Of a DNA stretch of 64,000 bases, positions 52,217 to 63,625 are shown piece by piece. The translations under genes were made by a program, and so were the position numbers. Origin of the DNA: Raja brachyura (Eukaryota); the NCBI GenBank assembly GCA_963514005.1, contig OY740827.1, positions 2,542,001 to 2,606,000 on the forward strand. The letters run 5' to 3'. Every line of letters starts with the position of its first letter. The first letter of the stretch is position 1. The notes below the pieces were generated by a model. That model was not told the origin of the DNA, searched no databases, and was given only the letters and a program-made list of their open reading frames with translations.

Positions 52217-52510
52217 ATGCGCCAGAGATTTCCTGGGATTTGGGATGCACTCGCACACCTGAGAGTGTCACCTGTGTTTGTGCGGCCAGATGCAACCCAC
52301 CTGGAGAGCTCACCTGGCACCTCCCCCTCGCCAACCTCAGCGGAAATTAAACCCGCGGACATCTCCACACCTGGCAGGTGGCAGGCGGGCATTTGGTGAA
52401 TGGCTCCCTCACCCTGAGAGGGGGTGATGGACGGGAGGACATGACGGCCTTGTGCTCAGTCCGTAACCGGCATGGGGAAGCCATGTTCACGGTGTATCTG
52501 TCGAGGGAAG
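52217..52510 (+). CDS. Siglec-like exon 7: MAG-D5-like membrane-proximal Ig domain with in-frame TAA at 52348-52350
   Basis: YAPEI....C......VTCVC....NP....W.LP..N...N*T...GSLTL.........CSVRN.HG. Boundaries ccag|..G|gtgagg, 294 nt. Confidence 0.88.
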
Positions 52511-53309
52511 GTGAGGACATCTCTGTGGGAGGGAAGTCATCGAGCCATAGTCATGGTCATAGTGTGCAGGAAAGAACTGCAGATGCCTCGGTTTAAATCG
52601 AAGGTAGACACAAAATGCTGGAGTCACTCAGCAGGACGGGCAGCATCTCTGGAGAGAAGAAATGGGTGATGTTTTGGATCAAAGCCTTTCTTCAGATTGA
52701 TCAGTCTGAAGAAGGGTCTCGTCCTGAAACATCACCCATTTCTTCTCTCCAGAGAAGCTGCCTGTCCCGCTGAGTTACTCCAGCATTTTGTGTCTGCCAT
52801 AGTCATAGTCATAGAATCATACAGTGTGGAAACAAACCCTTCAGTCCAACTTGCCCACACCACCCAACGTGTCCCAGCTACACTAGTCCCACCTGCCTGC
52901 ATTTGGCCCCATATCCCACCAAACATGTCCTATCCATGTACCTGTATAACCGTTTTATAAATGTTGGGATAGTCCCTGCCTCAACGACCTCCTCTGGCAG
53001 CACATTCCATGTACTCACCACCTTCTGTGTGAAAAGGGTACCCCTCAGATTCCTATTAAATCTTTTCCCCCTCACCTTAAACCTGTATCCTCTGGTGTTC
53101 GACTCCCCTACTCTGGGCAGGAGACTCTGTGCATCTACTCGATCTAATCCTCTCATGATTTTATACACCACTATAAGACCACGATAGTAGTTCAGCACTG
53201 CTCTCTGATTGTGGTAGGATGGTTCAAGGTGTATCTGTGGTTAGTTTAGTTCAGCTTAGTTTAATGTCACGTTTACCGAGGTACAGTGAAAAGCTTTAGT
53301 CGCATGCTA

Positions 53310-53788
53310 ACCGCAAGAAATTGCAGAGAGTTGTGGAAGCAACCCAGACCATCACACAAACCAACCTCCCTACCATCGACTCCATCCACACCTCACACTG
53401 CCTCGGCAAGGCCAGCAGCATAATCAAGGACCAGTCTCACCCCGGCCACTCCCTCTTCTCCCCTCTCCCATCAGGCAAGAGGTACAGAAGTGTGAAAACG
53501 CACACCTTCAGATTCAGGGACAGTTTCCTCCCAGCCGTTATCAGGCAACTGAATCATCCCACCACCATTTGAGAGCAGTCCTGAACTACTATCTACCTCA
53601 TTGGTGACCCTCGGACTATCTTTGATTGGACTTTGCTGGCTTTACCTTGAACTAAACGTTATTCGCTTATCCTGTATCTGTACACTGTGGACAGCTCAAT
53701 TGTATTCATGTGTTGTCTTTCCGTTGACTGGTTAGCACGCAACAAAAGCTTTTCACTGTACCTCGGTACACATGACATTAAACTAAAT
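53310..53788 (+). mobile_element. Rex1-type 3' fragment (related pieces at 23345-23460, 23880-24290, 26845-27157)
   Basis: LQRVV..LP.IDSI..CL.KA.SIIKD.SHPGH.LFSPLPSGKRYRS..RFRDSF. Confidence 0.8.
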
Positions 53789-56700
53789 CAGGGGTGGGTG
53801 GGGAACCTGCGGTTTTAAGTGCGGCCTTTTGAATGAATCCAAATTTTGTAGAACAAATCCTTTTATTTCATTTCGGAGTCACGTGAGTGACTTCGTGAAG
53901 ACCCCGCCAGCACGCATGCACGACATATCGTCGCTCGCATTTGCAGTCGACGGCTGGAGGTGGAGCGCGTCTCACCACCAGCCCTTCATAAGAACTGCTC
54001 AGGTAAGTTTTAGGCAACCTTGAGCTGGTTGTCCCTGTTCTAGAACTTTTTCTGTTCACAGGGAACATGGATAGGAGAAATACGGATCGCAGGACTTCTG
54101 AGATATATATTTAACAGTCTCCTGGAACTGGGAACGTCCTGCTGTTGCAGATTTTGTTGCAGGATGCATTCCATCATCCGTTCCATGCGTTCCATATGAC
54201 CTTCTTCCCCATATGCAGATGAAAGGTCGGAACCCTCAGGCCCCAAGGAACTGAGTCAACGACCACTTTTCCCGGAGCTGCTTTCTACATCGGCAACACC
54301 CGCTAGTCGGGCCGGGGAAATGGCGCGAAAGTCAGGCAGCCCTGTGACTACAGGACCCGACCCACCGACACAGCTGTGTACAGAACAGCAAAGTGGGAGC
54401 ACAGCGCCAGAGCAGGTAATTCAAGATCCTGACTCTATTTCATTATCTCCCACCGGAAGGGAGACTCTGGCTGAGATGAGCAAACGGGTTACCCGTGCTA
54501 CCGCACGGTCTTTCTCCCCAGCTACTCGGGCAACTCGAGGAAGAGCCAGGGGAAAAGCTGCTCGACAGTCAAGCCCTTCTAGGGCTGATTATTCACCGGA
54601 AACCGCAAGACTGCGGACAGGTGAATCATCGAGACCAGGGTCTACTGGCATACCAGTCAGGGTCAGTATTGACTCACCACCCAGCAAGGCCAGCAAACGT
54701 CCGGCAGTGGAGTCTCGTCACAGTCACCGCACCCCCCATTAGTGGCAGGACGTGACCGTACGTCGCCTCTGTCCGGAAGGAGGACAGGCGGCAAGCCCGC
54801 GCGGACGTCGGGTCACCACGCTGCGGCGGCAGGTACCGACTACTCACCGCATATGGCCTTTGAGGCTAGCGGGCCATTCTCATCCGAAAGACGGCGAACG
54901 AACGGCAGGTCCGCGCGGGAGTTGCACAGCCCCGCAGCTGCGGCAGGTAGCGACCTCATATCACGGCGCCGGGATTCTTACCTCGACGAGGTACGGGCCA
55001 GTGATAGGAGCCTCAGGAGTTCCTTGGGGCCTGAGGGTTCCGACCTTTCATCTGCATATGGGGAAGAAGGTCATATGGAACGCATGGAACGGATGATGGA
55101 ATGCATCCTGCAACAAAATCTGCAACAGCAGGACGTTCCCAGTTCCAGGGGACTGTTAAATATATCTCCATCATCGATGGGAAGTACAAGGCAGCCAGGG
55201 GAAGAGGAAGAGATTCTGGTTCGCGAACCTGTGGCACCTGAAATTCCTCAGGAGGAACTGTTGGATGTGGCATCCAAGTTCGCACTACCCAAGTCTTCGG
55301 GTCAACCCCTCAAACCTAAACTGGCTGCCACCATTGACTTCCTGACTAATCATCAATTACAGGACCAGGTCCTTGCTGAAGCCATGAGCCGGTATAAGGC
55401 ACCGAATAATTGCAACTCACTTAATGTGCCTATAGTGAACACACCTATTTGGGGGAATATCAGCCCAGGTATTAGAGCACAAGAAATCAAGCTACAAAGG
55501 ATTCTGAAGTTGCTCACATCGGGGATCACTGCATTTGCGAGATCAGTGGATGGTATGGACTTAAGTACTGAGCAAGAAGATGCCCTTGCGTTACTATGTA
55601 ACCCCAGTACGAAATAAATGCGTTTCGCAAAGCCACCATCAAGCCCACATTAAACCCAAAATTTGCAGGGTTATGTAGGGCATCCCCGATGCCACCACTG
55701 AGGCAATTGTTCGGAGAGGACCTACCGAAGCAGGTCAAAGACTTAGATGACCATGCAAAGACAGTGGGACTAATGAGGTCACACCCTTCGAGCAGGCAGG
55801 CGGCTAGGAGGTTACCATACTCCAGACCGCGGGGACCACCCGAAAGATCAGCAAGGACCTACACGCTGGCACCACCGCAATTTCAGCAGTATCAATAGTG
55901 AAAGCCTTTTTTAGGGCAAGGCCCGCAGCGACCGGCGTGGAAAATGCGGCAGCCGCAAAACCCAGCACCTCCACGTCCCACCAAACATGTCAGGGACCGC
56001 CGGTAACCATGGAGGTAAGGCGGTCTGGATTTCATGCAGTTGCATGTTTAACCTCACATGTTGGTGGGAGATTACGATTCTTTAAGGAGGCATGGGATCC
56101 CGTCACTTCAGATGTGTTTATAGTACAAAGTATTCAGGGTTACGAAATCGAGTTCATAAATGAACAACTTCCCCCGTCTCAGCATATGCCGGATCGCAAA
56201 TTTGCACTTTCCAACAAGGAAGCAGCGGAGGGCTATGCTGAAATTTTGAGACTACAAGAAAAAGGGTTAATAGAAAGAACGATTCATGAACCAGTTTAGT
56301 TCGTATCCAACATCTTCACAAAAACTAAGAAAGATGGTGGATGTCAGGTCATCATTGATCTAACCCATTTGAATACTTTTGTAAAATATACCCATTTTAA
56401 AATGGACACGTTTGAGACAGCCAAATCATTGGTTTCTAAGGGCTGCTTCATGGCATGCATTGATTTAAAAGATGCATACTATTCAGTATCCATTCGAAAA
56501 CATCACAGGAAGTTCTGGAAGTTTATTTGGATAGATCAACTTTGGCAATACAGAGCATTGCCCAATGGGCTTACCACAGCTCCCAGATTGTTTACCAAAT
56601 TACTAAAACCAGTGTTAGCAACACTGAGAAAGCAAAACCATATGGTAATGGCTTATTTGGATGACATCCTAATCATAGGAGATACTCTGGAATCAACAAA

Positions 56701-59561
56701 ATTGGCAGTCACAGCCACTGTTTCATTATTTCAAAAAATGGAATTTATAATCCATCCAGATAAATCAAACTTCTGCCCATCGCAGGTTATGGACTATCTG
56801 GGATTCACCGTTGATTCCAATCGAATGATTACCACCATACCAATTAACAAAGCTGTGGACATCATTGAGGCATGTAATAATCTGGTCTGCCCCAGTACAC
56901 CAACAATTAGACATGCTGCCAAGGTAATTGGGAAATTGGTAGCTACTTTTCCAGCTGCCCAATTTGGACCTTTATATTATCAAAATTTGCAAAGATCCAA
57001 GATTTCAGCATTGAAATTGAATGCTGGACATTTTGATAGACCTATGCAGCTGCCATTTAAAGTGAAAATTGAGTTACAATGGTGGATTGACAATATTCGT
57101 AACTCATTCAAACCCATCATTGTGCCTCGTCCGTCAGTGTATTTACAAACTAACGCAAGCTCCCATGGCTGGGGAGCTACTGACAACAACTCTAGTTGTG
57201 GTGGCAGATGGGACTCACAAGAATCTACCCTTTTGTTGGCACAAGGGATAAATTATTTGGAGATGCTTGGAGCATTTTACGGACTAAGAGCTTATTGTTC
57301 AAACTTTACTAATACTCATGTCCGTCTCCAAATAGACAATACCACTGTGGTGGCATATTTAAATCATATGGGCAGTACCAGGTCAATTTCTTGCGATGAA
57401 TTGGCGAACACAATTTGGCTCTGGTGCATACAACGTAGTATTTGGATATCAGCTACCTATCTTCCAGGTAAGCTCAACACAGTGGCGGACACCAGGTCAC
57501 GTATATTCAATGATAACATTGAATGGATGTTAAATCCCCAAATATTTACCAAAATCACAGCCAAATTTGGTAAACTGGATATTGACCTTTTTGCGTCACG
57601 GTTAAACCATCAGGTACCAACATATGTATCATGGGAACCAGATCCTGTGGCAATAGCAATGGACGCTTTCTCGCTGCACTGGGGGAAATGGTTTTTCTAT
57701 GCATTTCCTCCATTTTGCCTCATCAGTCGGGTATTGCGGAAAATCAAATTAGATTCTGCAAAAGGCATTCTAATCATACCCGACTGGCCTACACAACCAT
57801 GGTATCCGGTGGTCCTTGGGATGATCAGTGAACCATGGGCTCTCTTGGAGAAATGCCCTCAATTGGTGACGAACCCTGTTACAGGAGAAACCTGGCTTGC
57901 AGGTTTTGAACAGATCCCTGCTGCAGTATGCTCTCACACCGAGGACCATGGATACCATCGGAGCATCGTGCAGGGAGTCTACAAGACGGCAATACCTAAC
58001 CCAAATAAGAAAATGGGAAGCCTACTGCAGCCGGATGAACATTTCATATGACTCCGTAACCATACCACATGTGCTGGAATTCCTTGCGGGGTTGCACCAT
58101 GATGAATACCTCAGCTACAGTGCCATTAATAGTGACAGAAGTGCACTATCATCCTACCTTACCATTGAAGTAGGATCTCACAAACTAGTGTCCAAATTGA
58201 TGAGCGGTATATTTAATTCAAATCCACCCCGACCACGTTACAACGTTACCTGGGACATTGGGGTAGTATTAACCCTACTCAGGACATGGTCACCCATGGT
58301 TGGACTTTCTTTGGACAAACTCACCTTGAAATTGGTGATGTTATTGGCACCAACGTCAGCACAATGGGTACAGACTTTACAAAAAATCAATATTGATAGA
58401 ATGGTCTCTACCACAGAGAAAGTAACATTTTGCATTGATGAGTTACTAAAGCAGCTCAGACCTGGGTTTACAGGGCTGCAGCTGTTTTTTCCGGCATACC
58501 CCGCTGATGTGAGGCTATGTCTTGCCACCCATATTCGTCATTATATTAAAGTGACGCGGACCCTAAGGGGAATGGAGAAATTTCTGCTGATAAGCCATAA
58601 GAAACCACATCACAGAGTGTCGGTACAGACGATCTCCAGGTGGCTCAGAATCATGCTGGATGCAGCAGGTATTGACATTAATGTCTTTAATCCCATTCCA
58701 CTAGGGCTGCATCCACGTCGGTGGCAAAGGTCATGGAGGTGCCCATGGACCATATTCTTGCCACAGCAGGCTGGGTTAGTGAAGCCACCTTTCAGTGGTT
58801 TTATAACAGACCTGTTACCGCTCCTGTTATGTTCGCGGAGGCCGTGCTGAGTGCTGGTCAGCAACATACAGCTATTCCCTAGTGAGGGGTTTTTCTTTGT
58901 TTATAATTAATAAACATTATTATTTTTCAGTACATCCAGTCTGAAATATGTTTATACTCCTATCCATCCATATTGTGGCGTGTGTGAGAGCATGGACATG
59001 ATCCAGGGCATGAAATCACAGAGTTTTGAAATCTTCACAAAGTCACTCACTTGACTCCGAAATGAAATAGTAAGATTAAACGAGAACTTACCAGTTTGAA
59101 GTTTGATCTTTATTTTATGAGGAGTTGCGATGAGGGATTTCGTGCCCTCCGCTCCCAACCCTCTATCATAAGGTCAACTGGTATTTAGAGTCTCTTCAAT
59201 CTTACTATAACAAGTCATTTCTTTGTTGTTGGTTCTGTGATTCCACACCGCTGCTTTGAAGAATGTCGCACATGCGTGCTGGCGGGGTCTTCACGAAATC
59301 CCTCATCGCAAATCCTCATAAAATAAAGATCAAACTTCAAACTGGTAAGTTCTCGTTTAATCTTACTATTTTTATTAATATGTTTTTGTTCGTATTTTAT
59401 ATTTTTATTTTAATCTTAAAATGAACTATTTAAAATACCAAAGAGTAAAAAAAATTAAACAAAATAATCCTATAATTAATTGTAGTTTCTTGGATGCGGC
59501 CTTATTTAGATTACAGCTAACTTAATGTGGCCTTCTAACATGAAAAGGTTCCCCATCCCTG
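53789..59561. mobile_element. hAT-like MITE split by DIRS element B
   Basis: Termini caggggtgg(gtgg)ggaacct / aggttccccatccctg with a degenerate 8-bp TSD aactaaat/agctaaac. Confidence 0.65.
53865..59370 (+). mobile_element. DIRS1-like retrotransposon, full length, defective (element B)
   Basis: ITR 53892-53926/59263-59297 (33/35 match), ICR 59032-59144, ATT junctions. Gag (ATG 54067) is broken; pol has TAG at 56297 and TDAS>TNAS; YR has R>W and a frameshift before HSTR. Confidence 0.95.
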
Positions 59562-59599
59562 AGCTAAACTGTAAAAAACACCTCTGGTTGTTCATACAG

Positions 59600-59696
59600 G
59601 TAAGAGCTTCAGTATTTGGATCGCAGTTTTGCTCACAGCAGGGATAATACTGATCGTTGAGCTAGCTGGATTCTTCATCTACAAGTGTATACAGCG
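59600..59696 (+). CDS. Siglec-like exon 8: transmembrane (GKSFSIWIAVLLTAGIILIVELAGFFIYKCIQR)
   Basis: acag|GT AAG..CAG CG|gtaagt, phase 1 in and phase 2 out. ~23-aa hydrophobic run followed by basic residues. Confidence 0.85.
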
Positions 59697-59789
59697 GTAA
59701 GTGTAAATAAATCCACATATTTATTTCCAAATCAATCCCTTTGTCATCTGCTTCTTATGACTGCTTCTACCAGGCTAACTCCTGTTAAT

Positions 59790-60115
59790 AGACACAAAAT
59801 GCTGAAGTAACTGATCGGGCCAGGCAGCAGCTCTGGAGAACACGGATTGGCATAAAATGCTGGAGTAACTCAGCGGGTCAGACAGCATTTCTGGAGAACA
59901 TGGTTTGGCATAAAATGCTGGAGTAACTCATTGGGTCTGGCAGCATCTGTGGAGAACGTGGATAGGTAGAAAGTACTGGAGTAACTCAGCAGGTCAGGCA
60001 GCATCTCTGGAGAATATGGGTAGACATAAAGTGCTAGAGTAACTCAGCGGGTCAGGAAGCATCTCTGGAGATTAAGGAAAAGGTGACATTTCAGGTTGGG
60101 CCCTTCTTCAAACTG
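59790..60115 (-). repeat. ~58-bp Penelope-derived tandem array (~5 diverged units) ending in a degenerate hammerhead core
   Basis: Repeated aaatgctggagtaactcagcgggtcaggcagcatctctggagaa. Confidence 0.8.
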
Positions 60116-60164
60116 AAAGGCTGCGTAAGCCTGAAAAAAACAGCCGGCAACAGATGACCTTTGG

Positions 60165-60725
60165 ACTATTGTGAGCCGTTTTGGGCCCCATATCTGAGGA
60201 AGGATGTGCTGGCTGTGGAGAGGGTCCAGAGGAGGTTTACGAGAATGATCCCGGGAATGATTGGGTTAACATACGATGAGCGTTCGACGGCAGTGGGCCT
60301 ATACTCACTAGAGTTTATAAGGATGAGGGGGGATCTTGAAATTTAATGAATAGTGAAAGGCTTGGATAGAGTGGATGTAGAGAGGATGTTTCCACTAGTG
60401 GGAGAGTCTAGGACCAGAGGTCATAGCCTCAGAATTAAATTTGTTCCTTTTGGAAGCAGATGAGAGGAATTTCTTTAGTTAGAGTGTGGTGAATCTGTGG
60501 AATTCTTTGCTGCAGAAGGCTGTGGAGGCCAAGTCAATGGATATTTTTAAGGTAGAGATAGATAGATTCTTGATTAGTGCGGGTGTCAGGGGTTATGGGG
60601 AGAAGGTAGAAGAATTGGGTTAGGAGGGAGAGTTAGATCATCCATGATTGAATGGTGGAGTAGTCTTGATGGCTCCGAATGGCTTAATTCTGCTCCTATC
60701 ATTAATTACCTCATAATCTTATGAC
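60165..60725 (+). mobile_element. CR1 3' fragment
   Basis: YCEPFWAPYLRKDVLAVERVQRRFTRMIPGM. Confidence 0.85.
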
Positions 60726-60805
60726 CAACATCTAATACAATTGCAACTTTGTACTTGGACTTTGCTTATGTGCTGTAAACTTGTTGTGATCTTCTGTTGC
60801 TCCAG

Positions 60806-60887
60806 AAGGGAAGATGTGACTACGGAGAAGGCTTCAGGAAACCAAGACACCAATGTGATCTACTGCCCACATTCTCCCATCAATCAG
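60806..60887 (+). CDS. Siglec-like exon 9: cytoplasmic (REDVTTEKASGNQDTNVIYCPHSPINQ)
   Basis: ctccag|A phase-2 acceptor matches the TM donor. CAG|gtagtg phase-0 donor (weak) matches the last exon. Confidence 0.65.
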
Positions 60888-61399
60888 GTAGTGGATCTCT
60901 GCATTTAATCTCAACTACAGATTATACAAAAGTGGGCACTAAAATCTGGAGTAACTCAGCGGGACAGGCAGCATCTCTGGAGGTACATGGATAGGACACG
61001 TTTGGAGTGATAGGGACCAAGCGCAGGCAAGTGGGACCAGTGCAGCTGGGACATGTTGGCTGGTGTGGGCAAGTTGGGCCGAAGGACTTGTTTCCACACT
61101 GTATCATTCTATGACTCTTTATAGATGATGATGTAGAGAGATAAAGAACAATGAATGAAAGATATGCAAACAAAGTAATAATGATAAAGGAAACTGGCCA
61201 CTGTTAGTAGTTTGTTGGGTCAAAATGAGAAGCTAGTGCAACTTGGATGATGGAGGGATGGATAGAGAGAGAATGCCGGGGCTACCTCAAGTGAGAGAAA
61301 TCAATGTTCATATCAGTGGGCTGTAAGCTGCCCAAGCAAAATATGAGATGCTGTTCCTCCAGTTTAGCAACCGGGGGTATGAATATTGATTTATCTAAC

Positions 61400-61625
61400 T
61401 ATGTGTGAGATTGTGAGAGTGGGAGAGAGGGGTGTGAGAGTGAGAGTGAGAGTGGGTGTGAATGTATGAGAAAGTTTGAGAGAGAGATACAGTGCAAGAG
61501 GGAGAGAGAGAGAGAGAGTATGAAACGGCGAGTGTGAGAGAGAGTGCGTGAGTGTGATTGAGAGTGTGACAGAGAGAGAGAGAGAGTGAGTGAGTGAGAG
61601 TGTGTGAGTGAGCGTGTATGAGAGG
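61400..61625. repeat. GA/GT low-complexity microsatellite (similar CA-rich tracts at 25880-26102, 30990-31235, 36683-36945)
   Basis: Dinucleotide-rich runs. Confidence 0.9.
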
Positions 61626-61757
61626 AGAACATAAACAACATGGCTGAACCTGGGTCAGTGGGAGTTCAGGAGTTGTGAACCTTCTCACTGATGGTAATTA
61701 AATGCCACTGCTCTGTACAATACCCACAACTGCCCGTCTGCTTCCCTTTCCTTCCAG

Positions 61758-61949
61758 AGCGCGGGGAGTGGAGAGGACGGGCCGGCCCCAGAGGAGCTGA
61801 GAGGAGGAGGGGAATCGGAAGAGGGGGAAGAGCAAGCGGCCGTGTACGCCAACCTGCGGGAGCTGTCGAGCAGCGGAGACACCGTGCACAGTGGCGAGGG
61901 GGTGGAATATGCTGAGCTCTGGTTCCAGTCCAAGCAGGGGAAGGGGTAG
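61758..61949 (+). CDS. Siglec-like exon 10: cytoplasmic tail with ITIM-like AVYANL and ITIM VEYAEL, stop TAG
   Basis: Strong polypyrimidine acceptor ttccctttccttccag|, then 63 aa plus stop. Confidence 0.88.
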   Translation, partial: SAGSGEDGPAPEELRGGGESEEGEEQAAVYANLRELSSSGDTVHSGEGVEYAELWFQSKQGKG

Positions 61950-63017
61950 GTGGGAGGGAGGGAGGGTGGGAGGAGGGAGGGGAAGGAGGGTAGGGAGGGG
62001 CGGCGAGGAGGGAGCGCTGTGCTGTGGGATGGACGATGAAGAGCTACACCAGCCTTGGGTTTTAGATTAATTAACCCTCTGAAGATGAAATAGTGGGATA
62101 ACATAGAACTAGTGTGTGAACGGGTGATCGATGGTTGGTGCGGACTCGGTGGGCCGAAGGGCCTGTTTCCGTGCTGTATCTCTAAACTAAACATAGAACT
62201 AGTGTGTGGACGGGTAGATCGATGGTCGGTGTGGACTCGGTGGGCCGAAGGGCCTGTTTCCGTGCTGTATCTCTTTAAAAAAGCCTTTGTTTCTTTAGGA
62301 CACAGACTGTTCCGCGGGTAACTATCGACATTGACAATAATTGCTTCTATTGAGACTGGTCAAATGATAGTCTATTAAACATAGTCTTTATCAGCAGTTA
62401 CAAAATAGACTCCTAGCTATTAAATGTAGACCTTTATTTTTTGAAAATCCTGTGGGATTTTTGCTAACGCTATTCTGAAACTCTGAAACCCTATCTTGCT
62501 CTTGTAGCGCCATGTTCCATAACAAGTTTCATAGCAAGCAGCTCTCTGTGTGGCATTGGTGAGTAATAATAATAATGAAATGCAGATGCTGGAAATCTGA
62601 CAAAGGGCAGCACGGTGGCGCAGCGGTAGAGTTGCTGCCTCAAAGCGCCAGAGACCCGGGTTCGATCCTGACTACGGGTGCTGTCCGTACGGAGTTTGTA
62701 CGTTCTCCCCATGACCCACGTGGGCTTTCTCTGGGATCTTCAGTTTCCTCCCACACTCCAAAGACGGGCATGTTTGTAGGTTAATTGGCTTGCTGCCAAT
62801 GTAAATGGTCCCTGGTGTGTGTAGTGTGCGAGGATCACTGGTCGGCGATGACTCGGTGGGCCGAAGGTCCTGTTTCAGCGCTGTGTCTCTAAACTAAAAC
62901 TAATCAGTCATGGTCACCGAATAGTGGAGCAGGTGCAAGATTAATCCTGATACTATTTTTATATCATTACATGTTTTCTGCAGAGGATTTGGATTTGTTG
63001 CATTTGTAAACAAAGAG

Positions 63018-63023
63018 ATTAAA
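63018..63023 (+). terminator. Candidate polyadenylation signal ATTAAA
   Basis: Lies in unique sequence with T-rich downstream tract; other ATTAAA near 62374 and 62418 are alternatives. Confidence 0.3.
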
Positions 63024-63084
63024 ATGTTGAACCATTACAGTCACATGTCTCAGAATTATGTTTTAAACATCTCTTTTATTTGAT

Positions 63085-63625
63085 TTTTGGTGTCCTAATT
63101 TGAGGAAGGACATTCTTGCTATTGAGAGAGTGCAGCGTTGGTTCACCAGATTAATTCCCGGGATGGCGGGACTGACATATGATGAAAGATTGGATACTGG
63201 GCTTGTATTCACTGGAATTTAGAAGGATAAGACGGGATCTTATAAAACACATAAAATCCTTAATGGATTGGACAGGCTAAATGCAGGAAAACTGTTCCCG
63301 ATGTTGGGGGGAGTCCAGAATCAGGGGTCATGGTTTAAGAATAAGGGGTTGGCCATTTGGGACTGAGCTGAGGAAAATCGTTTTCACGCAAAGAGTTGTG
63401 AATCTGGGAATTCTCTGCCACAGAAGGCAGTGAAGGCCAATTCACTGGATGTTTTCAAGAGTTAGTTTTAGCTCTTTAGGCTAACGGAATTGAGGGATAT
63501 GGGGAGAAAGCAGGAACGGGGTACTGATTTTGGTTGATCATATCGAATGGCTGTGATCATATTGAATGGCTGTGCTGGCTCGAAGGGCTAAATGGCCTAC
63601 TCCTGTACCTATTTTCTATGTTTCC
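63085..63625 (+). mobile_element. CR1 (HER1-like) 3' fragment
   Basis: PNLRKDILAIE..GLYSLEFRR.. with cctattttctatgtt tail. Confidence 0.85.

Larger units (their letters stand above)
22050..61949 (+). pseudogene. Siglec-family (MAG-like, ITIM-bearing) receptor gene, 10 coding exons, with one in-frame nonsense codon (pseudogene, null allele or secreted form)
   Basis: All exons have AG/GT boundaries in compatible phases. Spliced CDS is 2211 nt; the TAA at 52348 truncates it at 559 aa. Confidence 0.8.

Noticed and set aside
22091-61949. Assigning the symbol MAG or CD22
   Set aside because: Domain count, sequence and tail do not establish orthology without a phylogeny.
62605-62680. tRNA-like A/B boxes
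   Set aside because: Head of an HE1-like SINE continuing into the V-domain, not a tRNA gene.
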